This document shows positions 26,163 through 35,325 of a stretch of DNA of 64,000 nt, piece after piece. Every line of letters begins with the position of its first letter. Position 1 is the first letter of the stretch. The translations under genes were made by a program, and so were the position numbers. Source of the stretch: Desulfobacterales bacterium (GTDB lineage Bacteria; Desulfobacterota; Desulfobacteria; Desulfobacterales; JADGBH01); contig JADGBH010000001.1 of assembly GCA_015231595.1 (NCBI GenBank), forward strand, positions 78,900 through 142,899. The letters run 5' to 3'. The notes under the pieces were generated by a model, which saw nothing but the letters and a program-made list of their open reading frames with translations, searched no databases and had not been told where the DNA came from.

Positions 26163-27035
26163 CTACTTCTCATTTGCATTTAAAAATTTCAAAGAAAGCA
26201 CAAACAATCCTCTAATGAAAAGAAAAAAAAGAACAATTGGATTTAACATAAAAAGCCATGATGGAGAATATTTATTAAAATAGTAATAAACACTTTTATG
26301 AAACTCATAGTTTGCTTTAATTTTATCTTTTTTGCTGCTCATACCAACATAATGATAGACTATAGGTTTTGGATAATAAACGACCCTCCACCCCATTTTT
26401 TTTAGCCTTTTACATAAATCAGCATCTTCCCAATACATAAAAAAGCCTTCATCAAATCCTCCTGTCTGTTCAAAAACGTCTCTTCTTAAAATCATGCAAG
26501 CTCCTGAAACCCAATCAACGTTCATTGGAGAATATTCATCTAAAGTAAGAAGGCTCATCAAATTTTTTTTTGTGATTTTATTATTAGGAAAAATCTTTGA
26601 CAAATACGAGGCTCGGCCAAAAAACGATGTAAGAAGATTTGGGAATGATCTTGCAGAATTTTGCAATTTCCCATCAATATCGAGAATTTTAGGACCCATG
26701 GCCCCTATATCAGGATTTTCAATCATAAAATCTAACACATCTTTTAAAAAAGATGGAGATACGATTGTATCAGGATTCAAAATCATTATAAATTTGCTTA
26801 CACCAATATTAGCAGACTTATTAACAGCTTTTCCAAATCCCAAATTTTTATTGTTGTAAGAAACAAACGATTCTGGAAAAACCTTTTTTATAATTTCAGG
26901 ATTATCTTTAGATGCGTTATCTTCAATGTATAAATCATATGGTATTTCATTTAAAATTGAAGATTTTTTCAAAGACCTAATACAATTCAAAAGAAATTTT
27001 GTAGAATTATAATTAACTATGATTATATCAATCAT
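26163..27035 (-). CDS. Family 2 glycosyltransferase
   Basis: N-terminus MIDIIIVNYNSTKFLLNCIRSL, EDNASKD, a DxD-like NPDT, and YWEDADLCKR (typical of rhamnosyltransferase-like GT2). Confidence 0.85.
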   Translation of the reverse strand: MIDIIIVNYNSTKFLLNCIRSLKKSSILNEIPYDLYIEDNASKDNPEIIKKVFPESFVSYNNKNLGFGKAVNKSANIGVSKFIMILNPDTIVSPSFLKDVLDFMIENPDIGAMGPKILDIDGKLQNSARSFPNLLTSFFGRASYLSKIFPNNKITKKNLMSLLTLDEYSPMNVDWVSGACMILRRDVFEQTGGFDEGFFMYWEDADLCKRLKKMGWRVVYYPKPIVYHYVGMSSKKDKIKANYEFHKSVYYYFNKYSPSWLFMLNPIVLFFLFIRGLFVLSLKFLNANEK

Positions 27036-28008
27036 TTTTTCTTATTCGCCTTATTAATCTATCAAAAAAAATTTCTTTTTGAAACAAGCTCCAGATATAA
27101 TCATCCCCTACCCTCTTTTCTTTTTGAATTAATCTTCGTTTTTTTAAAATCTTATTTAAGCCTTTAATTGAATCTATTTTAGCTTTCAAGAAAACAAAGC
27201 CTTTTCCTTTTATGAGAAAATATAAAAACGATGCAAAATCATAAATTATATGGGGAATAATTGTTCTATATAATAAGTTTTTAGGCATATTTTTTATATA
27301 TGTCCATTCAAGATTTCTGTGGCTATAATATACAGAAATCCAACTATCATTACCGATACTCATGCTTGATTTATGATAGACAAACGCATCTGGAACATAA
27401 ATGCATTTGTATCCTTTAAGCTGAAACCTAAAGCTTAAATCTACATCTTCATAAAGCAAAAAAAAGTCTTCATCAAATAGCCCAATTTTATCTAATATTT
27501 TCTTTCGGTATAAAGCTGAACCAGCGCACGCTCCAAAAATCCATTCTTTTTTATTGTAACAAGAATAGGATAATCCTCTTCCTCTTAAACTTCCAGTTCC
27601 AGCTTGAGTATAAGCATCTCCAGCTCTATCTATGACTTTTGGATTATCAAAAAAAAGCATTTTAGATGCGGCAAAAGCAGCTGAAGGATTATTATCGAGA
27701 GTTTCAATTAATTTTTTCAACCAAATTTTATCGGCAACAGCATCATTATTCAATAAGGCTACATATTCTGTATTTACAACTTTTAATGCAATATTATTAG
27801 CTATTGCAAAACCAAAATTTTTATCAAGTTTTATTAGCTTAAAATTCTTATATTTTCTTTCGATCAATTCTACAGAATTATCAGAAGACGCATTATCAAC
27901 AATGATGACTGAAAAAGCTTTAAATTCTTGATTATTTAAAGAATCAAGGCATTTCTCAATAAATTTTGCTCCATTAAAATTTACAATAATTACAGTAGCT
28001 CTATTCAG
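27028..28008 (-). CDS. Family 2 glycosyltransferase. The conserved N-terminus is encoded upstream of the first canonical start, so a CTG or ATT start is proposed.
   Basis: The track ORF starts at TTG 27867. The same frame stays open upstream to 28025 and encodes LNRATVIIVNFNGAKFIEKCLDSLNNQEFKAFSVIIVDNASSDNSVE, the GT2 Rossmann start plus DNxSxD. GAGGA lies 7 nt upstream of the CTG at 28008. YEDVDLSFR is present later in the protein. Confidence 0.75.
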   Translation of the reverse strand: MNRATVIIVNFNGAKFIEKCLDSLNNQEFKAFSVIIVDNASSDNSVELIERKYKNFKLIKLDKNFGFAIANNIALKVVNTEYVALLNNDAVADKIWLKKLIETLDNNPSAAFAASKMLFFDNPKVIDRAGDAYTQAGTGSLRGRGLSYSCYNKKEWIFGACAGSALYRKKILDKIGLFDEDFFLLYEDVDLSFRFQLKGYKCIYVPDAFVYHKSSMSIGNDSWISVYYSHRNLEWTYIKNMPKNLLYRTIIPHIIYDFASFLYFLIKGKGFVFLKAKIDSIKGLNKILKKRRLIQKEKRVGDDYIWSLFQKEIFFDRLIRRIRKND

Positions 28009-28048
28009 AATTAAATCCTCAATAATTAAAAAAATTTAGCTATTTTTT

Positions 28049-28066
28049 GGCGACCATCAGGTCGCC
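28049..28066. repeat. G+C-rich REP-like hairpin GGCGACC-ATCA-GGTCGCC
   Basis: Read directly, in the intergenic region between the GlmS-like gene and GT2. Same family as 47476-47493, with a shared downstream context (GGTCGCCyCTAyA..ATAAAAA). Confidence 0.7.
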
Positions 28067-28122
28067 CCTACAGATAAAAATTCATTAACGTAATGGAATT
28101 AGTTTTAAAATCCAAATTTTTA

Positions 28123-31100
28123 CTATGCTTTCTTCACAATTCCTTCCGCTATTTTTTCTGCTGAATTACCAAATAATTCGTCCATTTGAATAAATTCAAT
28201 CAAATCATCTTTCCATTGAATGTTTTCTTGAACTAGACTTTTTATTCTTTCATATTTTCCACCGAGAGCCTTTATTTTAAAACTTAAAGAAACATTAATT
28301 TTAAACTCTATTTCAACAAGAAGTAAATATTCTATTACGTTAGGAGTATCAGGAGACGCTGAAATAATAGGTATAACAATCATTTTCCTGCCATCTCGCC
28401 TGCCTTTACCTATATAAACATTTCCTTCTCTTACAATTATTTTTTTAGTTCCTTTTAAAGTCTTATCTTTTTCAACTCTTGATACTAAGCCTTTAGATGA
28501 GCCTCTTTTATCTATAACTTCTATGGATGCATCGTCTGTTGGTTCTCCAAGAAGATTCAATCCTGAAATTTTATATAATGTTGACCCTTTTATTTCGGAT
28601 ATAATTGTTTGGATATTTTTAAGCACAATTACATTTTTATTAATAAGCTGAGATGTGCTAAAATTATAATCGGTTAATACGTCAAAAAGTATCCCTTCCA
28701 TTTTTTCGACAATTCGGCTCGTTCCTACTGTTACAGTTTTTGCTTGATGTTTTATGGCATCGATAGGCCTTGCCATATATGTAACAGCTTCACCAACACA
28801 GTCAAAAAGCTTATTAAGCATATTTAAAGGAGTTCCTTTTACGCCAAAATCAAGCTCAAAATCAGATACAGGAAGCCTTCCATAAAGGTACTTTAACAAA
28901 AGTGTAAGATCTGAAGCATCATATTTTCCCCAAAAAGCCGGGAAATGATTATTAGTTTTTTTATCCCTAAAAACACGATAAAATCTCAAAATTGTTTCTT
29001 TAAACGATTTTTCAAGTATACTTTCAAAAATATCAAGGCCTTCTTTTGTAAATTTATCAATGGTTAATTTAAGCTCATTTCTAAATCTATAAAATAATTC
29101 AGAATTTTGATTAATTGCAAGCGCCGCATAATATCCCCATAAATGACCTACCAGTGTATTTAAAATTGAAGAAAGGTGTTCTTTAACGACTGGAATTTTA
29201 AATACAGCTGCGGCATATTTATCAAATCTGTCCTCATCCTCATTTGTAATTACGATGGGAACCGCCTTATGAGCCTGAAAAATTGCAGTATCTTTAATTA
29301 AATCGTAAGTTACTCCTTCGCGCGCGCCAGCAGCACATATAATTATTAAAGGCTCTGCAGAAAGATCTATATGCTTTTTATCTTCAATGTAGTCAGATGA
29401 AATTGTTTTATAACATAATTCACTTAATTTTATTCTTATTTCATCGGAGGAGGCTTTATTTGGCCCACTTCCAGCAGCAGCCCAATAAGTTCTTGTTAAG
29501 GCATATTTTTTAGCAGATTCCTCTATTTCTTCGCTCATATTAAGGATTTTTCGCATGTGGCATGGAATTTTAATAAGTTCAGCCATTTCTGACGTAATAA
29601 AATCATCATTTCTAGTACCCGTTATTTGAGCAATATAAAGACCTAATATAGTTCCAGCAATAATTTGAGAATAAAAAGCCTTTGTTGAAGCGACTGACAT
29701 TTCAATATCTCTTCCGCTGCTTGTATAAATAACTCCATGAACTTTAAATGTAATATCTGATTCTCTTCGATTTACTATAGCAAGAGTGTAAGCACCATTT
29801 GTATTCGCCATATCAATTGTTTTATTAGTATCTGTAGTTGTTCCTGATTGAGTTATAGCTATTACAAGATTATCTTGCATACTTTTAATTTCTGAATCTT
29901 TTGACTCGCTTATTTTACCGCTTAACTCTGAAGCTTTTAAAGCAGATATATTTATACCAGAACCTGCCATATAATAATTTAAAATATCCGAACAAACAAG
30001 AGCCGCAACTCCTGCTGTTCCTTGGCCAATAAAATAAACATTTTTAATTTTTTTCTCTGTAAGGGCTGCAACTAAAGGTTTAGGAAAATTTTTCTCATTA
30101 AGTTTTATTTCAATTTTGCCTGTATCGAGTTTTGTTTTCCATCGGTTAAAAAGAGTTTTTTCTACAGAAGATGGGCTTTCAGATATTTCTTTAAAAAAAT
30201 AATGGGAAAAAGTTTGTCTATCTATATCCCTTGAAGTAATTTCAGATTTTTTTATATCCTTTATTTCCATGTTAAAAGGCGTTCCATCATACCACATGGA
30301 TTTTACGCTGCCTTCTTGAGCAAAAGGCTTTTCATCCAATATCACTATTTGGCCTTGAATACTGCCATTTTGCCCTTCAAAAAGTTTTTCTCCTTCTAAT
30401 TTAAAAAAATAGGGAGTTTCTTCGACAAATCCATAAACTTCAGATGTAGGAATATAATGGTCATCAGCTACACCAACGAAAATAGCTTGTCCGCTGCCTC
30501 TTTGGGCTAAAAAAAGTTTACCGGGCGCAATATCTGTTTGCATAAAAATAGCGTGGGAACCTTTAAAAGCATTAACAGCCATTCTAAAAGACTCTTCTAT
30601 TGAATTTCCTTGATTTAAATATTTTTCTATTTGAAGAGGGATAATCTTTGTATCAGTAGTGATTTCAGAATCTATCCTGATTCCTTCCTCTTCTAACGAA
30701 GCTTTTAAGTCTTGATAATTATCGATATCCCCATTTAAAGATACATGGATAATATTGCTGTGAAGAGATGCTCCTTTATTGAAATCATTATCCATAGGAT
30801 GGCAATTTTCTTCAGAAATATTTCCAACCGATGCCCACCTTGTATGGGCGGCAATATTATAATGAAGATTATTACAATTTATAATAATATTAAATATTTC
30901 ATCATTTTTAATTTGATTTCTAAGAAAAGAAATATTATCGCCAAGCTTTCCTACTTCAGCTGAAACCTTATAAGTAAATGAAATGCATTTTAAAGATTCT
31001 GTTTCTTTAATTAAATTACTTAGGGATATGCTTCCATTAAGTAGAATATTATAATTCATTCGTTTATCAAAAACATCTATTAAACCCTTTTCTGTAATAA

Positions 31101-31875
31101 TATTTTGAAATTTTTCAAATTCAGCTTCTTTAATCCAAAAAAATATTGAAATGCCTGCGGAATCTCTACCTCTAACTTCAAGACGATCAATGCTATTTAA
31201 AACAGAATTAAGTCTTTTCAATATTTTTAATGACAATGGAGACACAAATTCCTTTGCGTCAAAATATAAATCATTTATTCTTTTGATATTTTCGTATAAC
31301 TCTTTTGAAAGAGCCCATTGAATATCTTTTAATAATTCAATTTTTTGATTTATTTTATTAACACTCACAGTGTTTAAAATTCCACTATTGATCGAAAGAA
31401 AGGCTTCACAACTTTGAATTGCGTTAAAAAGCATTGCCGAAACGTTTATAATTTCGTCTGATAATTCTTTATTAGGAAATATTTTTATAAAAGAATATTC
31501 TTTTTTTAATGAAAGGATAAATTCAAATAAGGTATCAAGTAAAGAGTTATCTCCTAAAAAATGATCCGAAAGATTAAAATTATCTTTAATAAATTCGTCT
31601 AATATAAGGTTTTCGCTCTGTTCATAGAGTTTACGAGCCGTCTGAATTAAAAAATTTATATCGATGGATTCATCGTGTTTTGTAGCCTGATGTTTTACGG
31701 CAATTATTCCGGCAAGACCGCAATAAAAAATATTATTGCATACAGGGAAAAAAATTATAGATTTCTCAGATACAGACTTTATATTTTTTCCTATAAAAAT
31801 TTGATAATTAAAAAATGATAATTTGTCAAAACTCCTTCGTAGAAAACTAAACATGCTATTTTTTTTTGTTTTCAT
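28123..31875 (-). CDS. Giant GlmS-like glutamine amidotransferase (class II) / tandem-SIS sugar-phosphate isomerase family protein, 1250 aa
   Basis: GATase-II motifs: CGLAGIIAV (Cys at residue 52), RLEVRGRDSAGISI, AHTRWASVG, NGDIDNY. SIS motifs: GQGTAGVAALV, VIAITQSGTTTDT. The GlmS isomerase-site equivalents EDKKH and HQAKTVTVG are present. It is about twice the length of the canonical GlmS, which is about 610 aa. Confidence 0.75.
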   Translation of the reverse strand: MKTKKNSMFSFLRRSFDKLSFFNYQIFIGKNIKSVSEKSIIFFPVCNNIFYCGLAGIIAVKHQATKHDESIDINFLIQTARKLYEQSENLILDEFIKDNFNLSDHFLGDNSLLDTLFEFILSLKKEYSFIKIFPNKELSDEIINVSAMLFNAIQSCEAFLSINSGILNTVSVNKINQKIELLKDIQWALSKELYENIKRINDLYFDAKEFVSPLSLKILKRLNSVLNSIDRLEVRGRDSAGISIFFWIKEAEFEKFQNIITEKGLIDVFDKRMNYNILLNGSISLSNLIKETESLKCISFTYKVSAEVGKLGDNISFLRNQIKNDEIFNIIINCNNLHYNIAAHTRWASVGNISEENCHPMDNDFNKGASLHSNIIHVSLNGDIDNYQDLKASLEEEGIRIDSEITTDTKIIPLQIEKYLNQGNSIEESFRMAVNAFKGSHAIFMQTDIAPGKLFLAQRGSGQAIFVGVADDHYIPTSEVYGFVEETPYFFKLEGEKLFEGQNGSIQGQIVILDEKPFAQEGSVKSMWYDGTPFNMEIKDIKKSEITSRDIDRQTFSHYFFKEISESPSSVEKTLFNRWKTKLDTGKIEIKLNEKNFPKPLVAALTEKKIKNVYFIGQGTAGVAALVCSDILNYYMAGSGINISALKASELSGKISESKDSEIKSMQDNLVIAITQSGTTTDTNKTIDMANTNGAYTLAIVNRRESDITFKVHGVIYTSSGRDIEMSVASTKAFYSQIIAGTILGLYIAQITGTRNDDFITSEMAELIKIPCHMRKILNMSEEIEESAKKYALTRTYWAAAGSGPNKASSDEIRIKLSELCYKTISSDYIEDKKHIDLSAEPLIIICAAGAREGVTYDLIKDTAIFQAHKAVPIVITNEDEDRFDKYAAAVFKIPVVKEHLSSILNTLVGHLWGYYAALAINQNSELFYRFRNELKLTIDKFTKEGLDIFESILEKSFKETILRFYRVFRDKKTNNHFPAFWGKYDASDLTLLLKYLYGRLPVSDFELDFGVKGTPLNMLNKLFDCVGEAVTYMARPIDAIKHQAKTVTVGTSRIVEKMEGILFDVLTDYNFSTSQLINKNVIVLKNIQTIISEIKGSTLYKISGLNLLGEPTDDASIEVIDKRGSSKGLVSRVEKDKTLKGTKKIIVREGNVYIGKGRRDGRKMIVIPIISASPDTPNVIEYLLLVEIEFKINVSLSFKIKALGGKYERIKSLVQENIQWKDDLIEFIQMDELFGNSAEKIAEGIVKKA

Positions 31876-31929
31876 ATAAAAAATCCTTCTGTAGTTTCGT
31901 GGTTACACAAAATTTTTTATGATGTCCAT

Positions 31930-33270
31930 TTAATTTTGATTAGAAAAAAATTCTTTTATAATCATGCGAGCATACTGGCCAGCCTTAACACCAATATATT
32001 TTTCATGGGCAACAAGAACTGAGAGAGCTATCGTATTAGTTCCATCCTTTTTTTCTGCAAAACCAACAAACCAGTCATACCTTATTGAATCGTATTTACT
32101 ATCATTTATGGAACCAGTTTTACCGCCTATAACAAGCTGAGAAAGTATTTTATCTTTACGATATCCTCTAAATATTTTTCTGCATGTTCCAGAATTTATT
32201 GTTGCAATCATTAATTTTTTTAATTTTTGAGCACTATCATTACTTATTGGCTTATTTATATTTGTTTTATGGAATTCATAAATAACATCATTATTTTCGT
32301 TAGTTATCTTGTTAATAAACGCTGGCTCAACCATAATACCAGAATTAGCTACTGATGAACTCAAAAGAACTCCATGTAGAGGAGATATAACTGTTTTTTT
32401 ATTAAAACCGCTGGCTATTTCAGCTAAAGCAAATGTAGAATCAGATATATCTACAGTACTATTTGGAACAGGAAGATCAAAACGAATAGGGCTGTTAAAG
32501 CCAAATTTTTTTGCATATAATTCAAGATTATCTTTACCTACCTTCAAAGAACCTATCTTTCCAAAAACAGGATTTATCGATTTTGCAAATGCGTTCATAA
32601 AAGAAACAGAATAGGTGTATTTATTCTTTTTTTCATTTAATTGGGATTTATAAAGGGTATATTTTCTTCCGTTATAGAATAATTCGGAATCAGGATCTAA
32701 TCGACATTTTTCTATTGCAGCGGCGGCTGTAATTATCTTAAATAAGCTTGCCGCTGGAAAAATATTTGCAATACACGGATTTTCAATTTCATCTGTTTTG
32801 CTAAACCCTGACATTAAAAAAATCTTTCCAGTGATCGGATCCATTCCAACAATTGCAATATATTTTGCTGTAGCAGTATCTAACTTTTTTAAAGCATAAT
32901 TTTGAAGATTAACATCAATATTAGTTTCTAATACATATTTCTTATCCTGAAATGTAACTGCCAAATTTTTTTCTGTTATATTTAAAAAATTCTGGCCATT
33001 TAAGATGTTGTGTATTTCTGTTTTTTTTATTTTGATGATATCAAGCTGATTATCATTCTTAATCGAAAGGATTTCTTCATTTCTTTTATTTTCCTTTATG
33101 ACATTATCAACTTCATTTTCTGAGTCATCAAAATGCCAAATAATAAGGACAGTTAATAATAACAATACATAAAGCCCTATCCTGTTATTTGGTTTTTCTT
33201 TAACTCTTGATTTACTAAGTAAATCTTGATAATCACGCCAATTATTTATATTTTTTCCAGAATACGCCAC
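31930..33270 (-). CDS. Membrane-anchored penicillin-binding-protein-like transpeptidase (short, 446 aa)
   Basis: N-terminal TM. SxxK (ASLFK), SxN (ASGFN) and KTG (GKTGS) appear in the right order. GTG start. Confidence 0.75.
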   Translation of the reverse strand: MAYSGKNINNWRDYQDLLSKSRVKEKPNNRIGLYVLLLLTVLIIWHFDDSENEVDNVIKENKRNEEILSIKNDNQLDIIKIKKTEIHNILNGQNFLNITEKNLAVTFQDKKYVLETNIDVNLQNYALKKLDTATAKYIAIVGMDPITGKIFLMSGFSKTDEIENPCIANIFPAASLFKIITAAAAIEKCRLDPDSELFYNGRKYTLYKSQLNEKKNKYTYSVSFMNAFAKSINPVFGKIGSLKVGKDNLELYAKKFGFNSPIRFDLPVPNSTVDISDSTFALAEIASGFNKKTVISPLHGVLLSSSVANSGIMVEPAFINKITNENNDVIYEFHKTNINKPISNDSAQKLKKLMIATINSGTCRKIFRGYRKDKILSQLVIGGKTGSINDSKYDSIRYDWFVGFAEKKDGTNTIALSVLVAHEKYIGVKAGQYARMIIKEFFSNQN

Positions 33271-33311
33271 AATAATCCTTAAATTTTAATTGTCGTCGGA
33301 AAATAAATTTA

Positions 33312-33335
33312 GCATTCCCGCGAATGCGGGAATGC
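33312..33335. repeat. G+C-rich hairpin GCATTCCCGC-GAAT-GCGGGAATGC (ATTCCC-N8-GGGAAT type). Possibly also a terminator for the metG block.
   Basis: 10-bp perfect stem read directly. On the minus strand it is followed by TAAATTTATTTT. It shares the GGAAT/ATTCC module with the element at 21748-22008. Confidence 0.6.
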
Positions 33336-33396
33336 CGTGCTACACTATCTTAGAACTTTAAAAATAAATAAAGTCTTGCTTGGAAATCACCTATAT

Positions 33397-35325
33397 TTAT
33401 TTTAACGGAACTCCATTTTTTATTTTTTTATCAAGTGTAGCAATAGACAAACCAGAATCATCGGTTGCGGCAAGGAGCATTCCATTAGATAAAACACCCA
33501 TCAACTTTGTCGGCTTCAAATTAGCGATAATTATAATCTGTTTTCCAATAAGACTTTGGGCATCATAATGTTCAGCGATACCTGACACTATTGTTCTTAC
33601 ATCTCCAGCATCAACCTCAATTTTCAAAAGTTTTTTAGCTCTTGGAATGTTTTCAACACTAATTATAGTACCTACGCGCAAGTCAATTTTAGAGAAATCT
33701 TCTATTGTTATTTCAGGCTTTATAGGAATTTCAGGGGCTTTTTGATGAGTCATAGACGTTTCAGACTCATCATTTTTAGCAGATTCAACTCGAGGAAATA
33801 AGGATACAGATTTTGGCAAAACCGTGCCAGCTTTTAATTTTTGCTCTTTGTTTTTTATATTATTGAGTAAAAAATAATCAGAAGTAGGCTCTATACCCAA
33901 ATGCTTTTGCATTTTCTTTGAAGTTGAAGGCATAAATGGATACAATAAAATCGATATATTTCTTAAACCTTCAAGTAAATTATAAATAACACTTTCAAGC
34001 TGTTTTTGCGCAGATTTTTGGGAAGCGAGTGTCCATGGAGCAGTTATATCCACATATTTATTCATATAGCTTATTAATTCCCATACTGCGATAAGAGCCT
34101 TATGAAAGGCAAAATTTTCCATTGCATCTTTAAATTCTGATATAGTTTTTACTGTTTGATTTTCTAAATCCAATTGAAGTTCTTTTTCAATATCAGGAGT
34201 TACATCTGGAACAACTCCCTTAAAATATTTATGGCTCATTGCAAGAACCCTTGAAAAAAGATTTCCAAGATCATTAGCTAAATCAGAATTAATCCTATTA
34301 ATAAGAGATTCTTCAGAAAAATTGGAATCCAGTCCGAAAGCCATTTCTCTCATTAAAAAATATCGAAATGCATCCAAACCGTAAATATTTTTTAATTGAA
34401 GTGGATCAATGACATTACCAAGACTTTTAGACATTTTATTTTGCTCCACATTCCAATAGCCATGAACATTAAGATTTTTAAAAATAGGTATTTCTGCTGA
34501 TTTAAGAATTATAGGCCAGTATATTCCATGGGGTTTTAAAATATCTTTCGCGATTAGATGCTGTGAATAAGGCCAAAATTTATTGAAAAGATCTCCATTG
34601 GGATATGATAAAGCTGAAATATAATTAAGTAACGCGTCAAACCAAACATAAGTTACATAATTATCATCGAAAGGAAGAGATATTCCCCATTTTAAACGAG
34701 ATTTAGGACGTGATATGCATAAATCTTCAAGGGGTTCTGATAAAAATCCTAAAACTTCGTTAGCATAACGTTCTGGCCTAATAAAGCCTGGATTTGACTT
34801 AATATGATCAATGAGCCAATCTTGATATTTACTCATTTTAAAAAAATAATTCGCCTCTTTTATTAATTCAGGCTCAGTTTTATGATCAGGACATTTGCCA
34901 TCAACAAGTTCTTTGTCTGTATAAAACCTTTCACATCCAAAGCAATAACGTCCTTCATATTCGCTAAAATAAATATCACCTTTGTCATATATTTTTTGTA
35001 ATATTTGCTCAACGATTTTTATATGTTCAAGATCCGTTGTTCTAACAAAATAATTATATTCAATATCAATTTCTGGCCATAAATTTTTAAAAAGACCACT
35101 TATCATATCAACATAAACTCGTGGACTCATGTTTTCTTTTTTTGCGGCTTTTATTATTTTATCTCCGTGTTCATCCGTACCAGTTAAAAAAAAAGTTTCC
35201 GTTCCTTTCATGGAATGGTAACGAGTTACTACATCCGCAACTATAGTTGTATAAGCATGGCCTAAATGTGGCCTTGCGTTAACATAGTAAATTGGAGTTG
35301 TAATAAAAAATGGATTTGGTTTCAT
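33397..35325 (-). CDS. metG: Methionyl-tRNA synthetase with a C-terminal tRNA-binding (Trbp111/EMAP-like) domain
   Basis: HIGH (PHLGHAYTT), KMSKSLGN, a zinc knuckle (CFGCERF..CPDH), and the C-terminal DLRVGTIISVENIP..LLKIEVDAG. Confidence 0.95.
   Translation of the reverse strand: MKPNPFFITTPIYYVNARPHLGHAYTTIVADVVTRYHSMKGTETFFLTGTDEHGDKIIKAAKKENMSPRVYVDMISGLFKNLWPEIDIEYNYFVRTTDLEHIKIVEQILQKIYDKGDIYFSEYEGRYCFGCERFYTDKELVDGKCPDHKTEPELIKEANYFFKMSKYQDWLIDHIKSNPGFIRPERYANEVLGFLSEPLEDLCISRPKSRLKWGISLPFDDNYVTYVWFDALLNYISALSYPNGDLFNKFWPYSQHLIAKDILKPHGIYWPIILKSAEIPIFKNLNVHGYWNVEQNKMSKSLGNVIDPLQLKNIYGLDAFRYFLMREMAFGLDSNFSEESLINRINSDLANDLGNLFSRVLAMSHKYFKGVVPDVTPDIEKELQLDLENQTVKTISEFKDAMENFAFHKALIAVWELISYMNKYVDITAPWTLASQKSAQKQLESVIYNLLEGLRNISILLYPFMPSTSKKMQKHLGIEPTSDYFLLNNIKNKEQKLKAGTVLPKSVSLFPRVESAKNDESETSMTHQKAPEIPIKPEITIEDFSKIDLRVGTIISVENIPRAKKLLKIEVDAGDVRTIVSGIAEHYDAQSLIGKQIIIIANLKPTKLMGVLSNGMLLAATDDSGLSIATLDKKIKNGVPLK

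Noticed and set aside
28049-28066. Calling the GGCGACC..GGTCGCC hairpins (also 47476-47493) intrinsic terminators
   Set aside because: No U-tract follows the stem on either strand: T6 precedes it on + and A6 follows it on -. I annotated them as REP-like repeats instead.
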